Assembly (NCBI RefSeq): GCF_036321535.1
Contig: NC_087436.1
Location: 107,634,001-107,698,000 of the forward strand
Direction: 5' to 3'
Length of the DNA: 64,000 nt
Source of the DNA: Camelus dromedarius
Taxonomy: Eukaryota
A program made the position numbers and the translations under genes. The notes beneath the pieces were generated by a model. That model ran no database searches and was not told the DNA's origin. It was given only the letters and a program-made list of their open reading frames with translations. Below are positions 63,222 through 64,000 of the stretch, one piece after another (positions within the stretch are counted from its first letter, which is position 1; every line of letters starts with the position of its first letter).

Positions 63222-63356
63222 TAAAATTTTTTTATTATTTTAAATGATTTTTTATATTTTATTTATTCATTATTGTATTATTACTTAATTTCAGCAGGGT
63301 GGGGTGAGGTAATTAGATTTATTTATTTTTAGGGAAGGTACTGGGGATTGAACCCA
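63222..63356 (-). mobile_element. 5'-truncated vic-1-type SINE
   Basis: GAGGTAATTAGATTTATTTATT...GGTACTGGGGATTGAACCCA (B box); flanks AGAATATTGGTTTTTAAA / AGAATATTGTATTTTTAAA resemble a TSD. Confidence 0.75.
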
Positions 63357-64000
63357 AAGAATATTGTATTTTTAAAGTATCAAAATATTCTTCAGTAAGT
63401 GGTTATGTCATTAGTTTCCTATTTTTAAATTCACTAATTTTTGTTGTTTTTTTAATTTTGTGGTTGTTATTTTATTTTGTTTTTAAATGTGTAAATATTT
63501 ATGTAATTTTGGAGTTAAAAAAATAAAAGAAAACCAGGGGCATTTGGAGTTCTGGCATCTTGTCTTCTTCTGTATCTTCAGTCTTTTTCTCTGTAGGTAG
63601 CCTTCTTATTATTGATTTTTAATTCAGAAAATACAATTAACTATGTCTGTGTATGTATGCATATGTTTCTATACAAATATTCATAGTTTTCCTTACCTAA
63701 ATAAAAATTAGCCTGTTTAGCACACCATTTACTTTGCCTTTTACATGTGATGTATCCTGGAGATCACGCCACAGCAGTATACAGAGATCTTTCTCATTCC
63801 TTTTTATACCTACATGATATTCCATAACTTATTCATAGTAGGTTTACTCAGCGTGCCCCCCTTTGCTGGACACTTGATTTGTTCCAGTCTTTTGTTATTA
63901 TAAATGATGCTGCAGTGAACCCTGTGCCTTCTTCTTTCCTTATTTGCTTGTATATACTTAGGATGTATTTATAGAAATGGGATTGTGGGGCCAAAGGGTA

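Overview
Mammalian, most likely camelid (alpaca/camel), non-coding DNA. The lineage call rests on two tRNA-Ala-derived vic-1-type SINEs and cetartiodactyl-type L1 3' ends. I found no intact protein-coding gene, RNA gene or CRISPR array. The ORF track is almost entirely chance ORFs, apart from decayed L1 ORF2 pieces and a ~175-bp internal fragment of an RPS6 retropseudogene (48988-49161, minus). Much of the window is interspersed repeat (L1, L2, MIR, MaLR/ERVL/ERV1 LTRs, DNA transposons). The best-supported observations are retrotransposition 'fossils' with readable junctions: two 5'-inverted (twin-primed) L1 insertions with TSDs, one nested in a solo LTR; an unidentified polyadenylated ~180-bp retrocopy inserted into an L1 with a 17-bp TSD; and a probable short L1 3' transduction. 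There are also candidate enhancer motif clusters and a degenerate ~40-bp repeat array that only superficially resembles CRISPR. I see no convincing evidence of a new biological system. Repeat family names come from recalled consensus sequences, and boundaries without a TSD are approximate.
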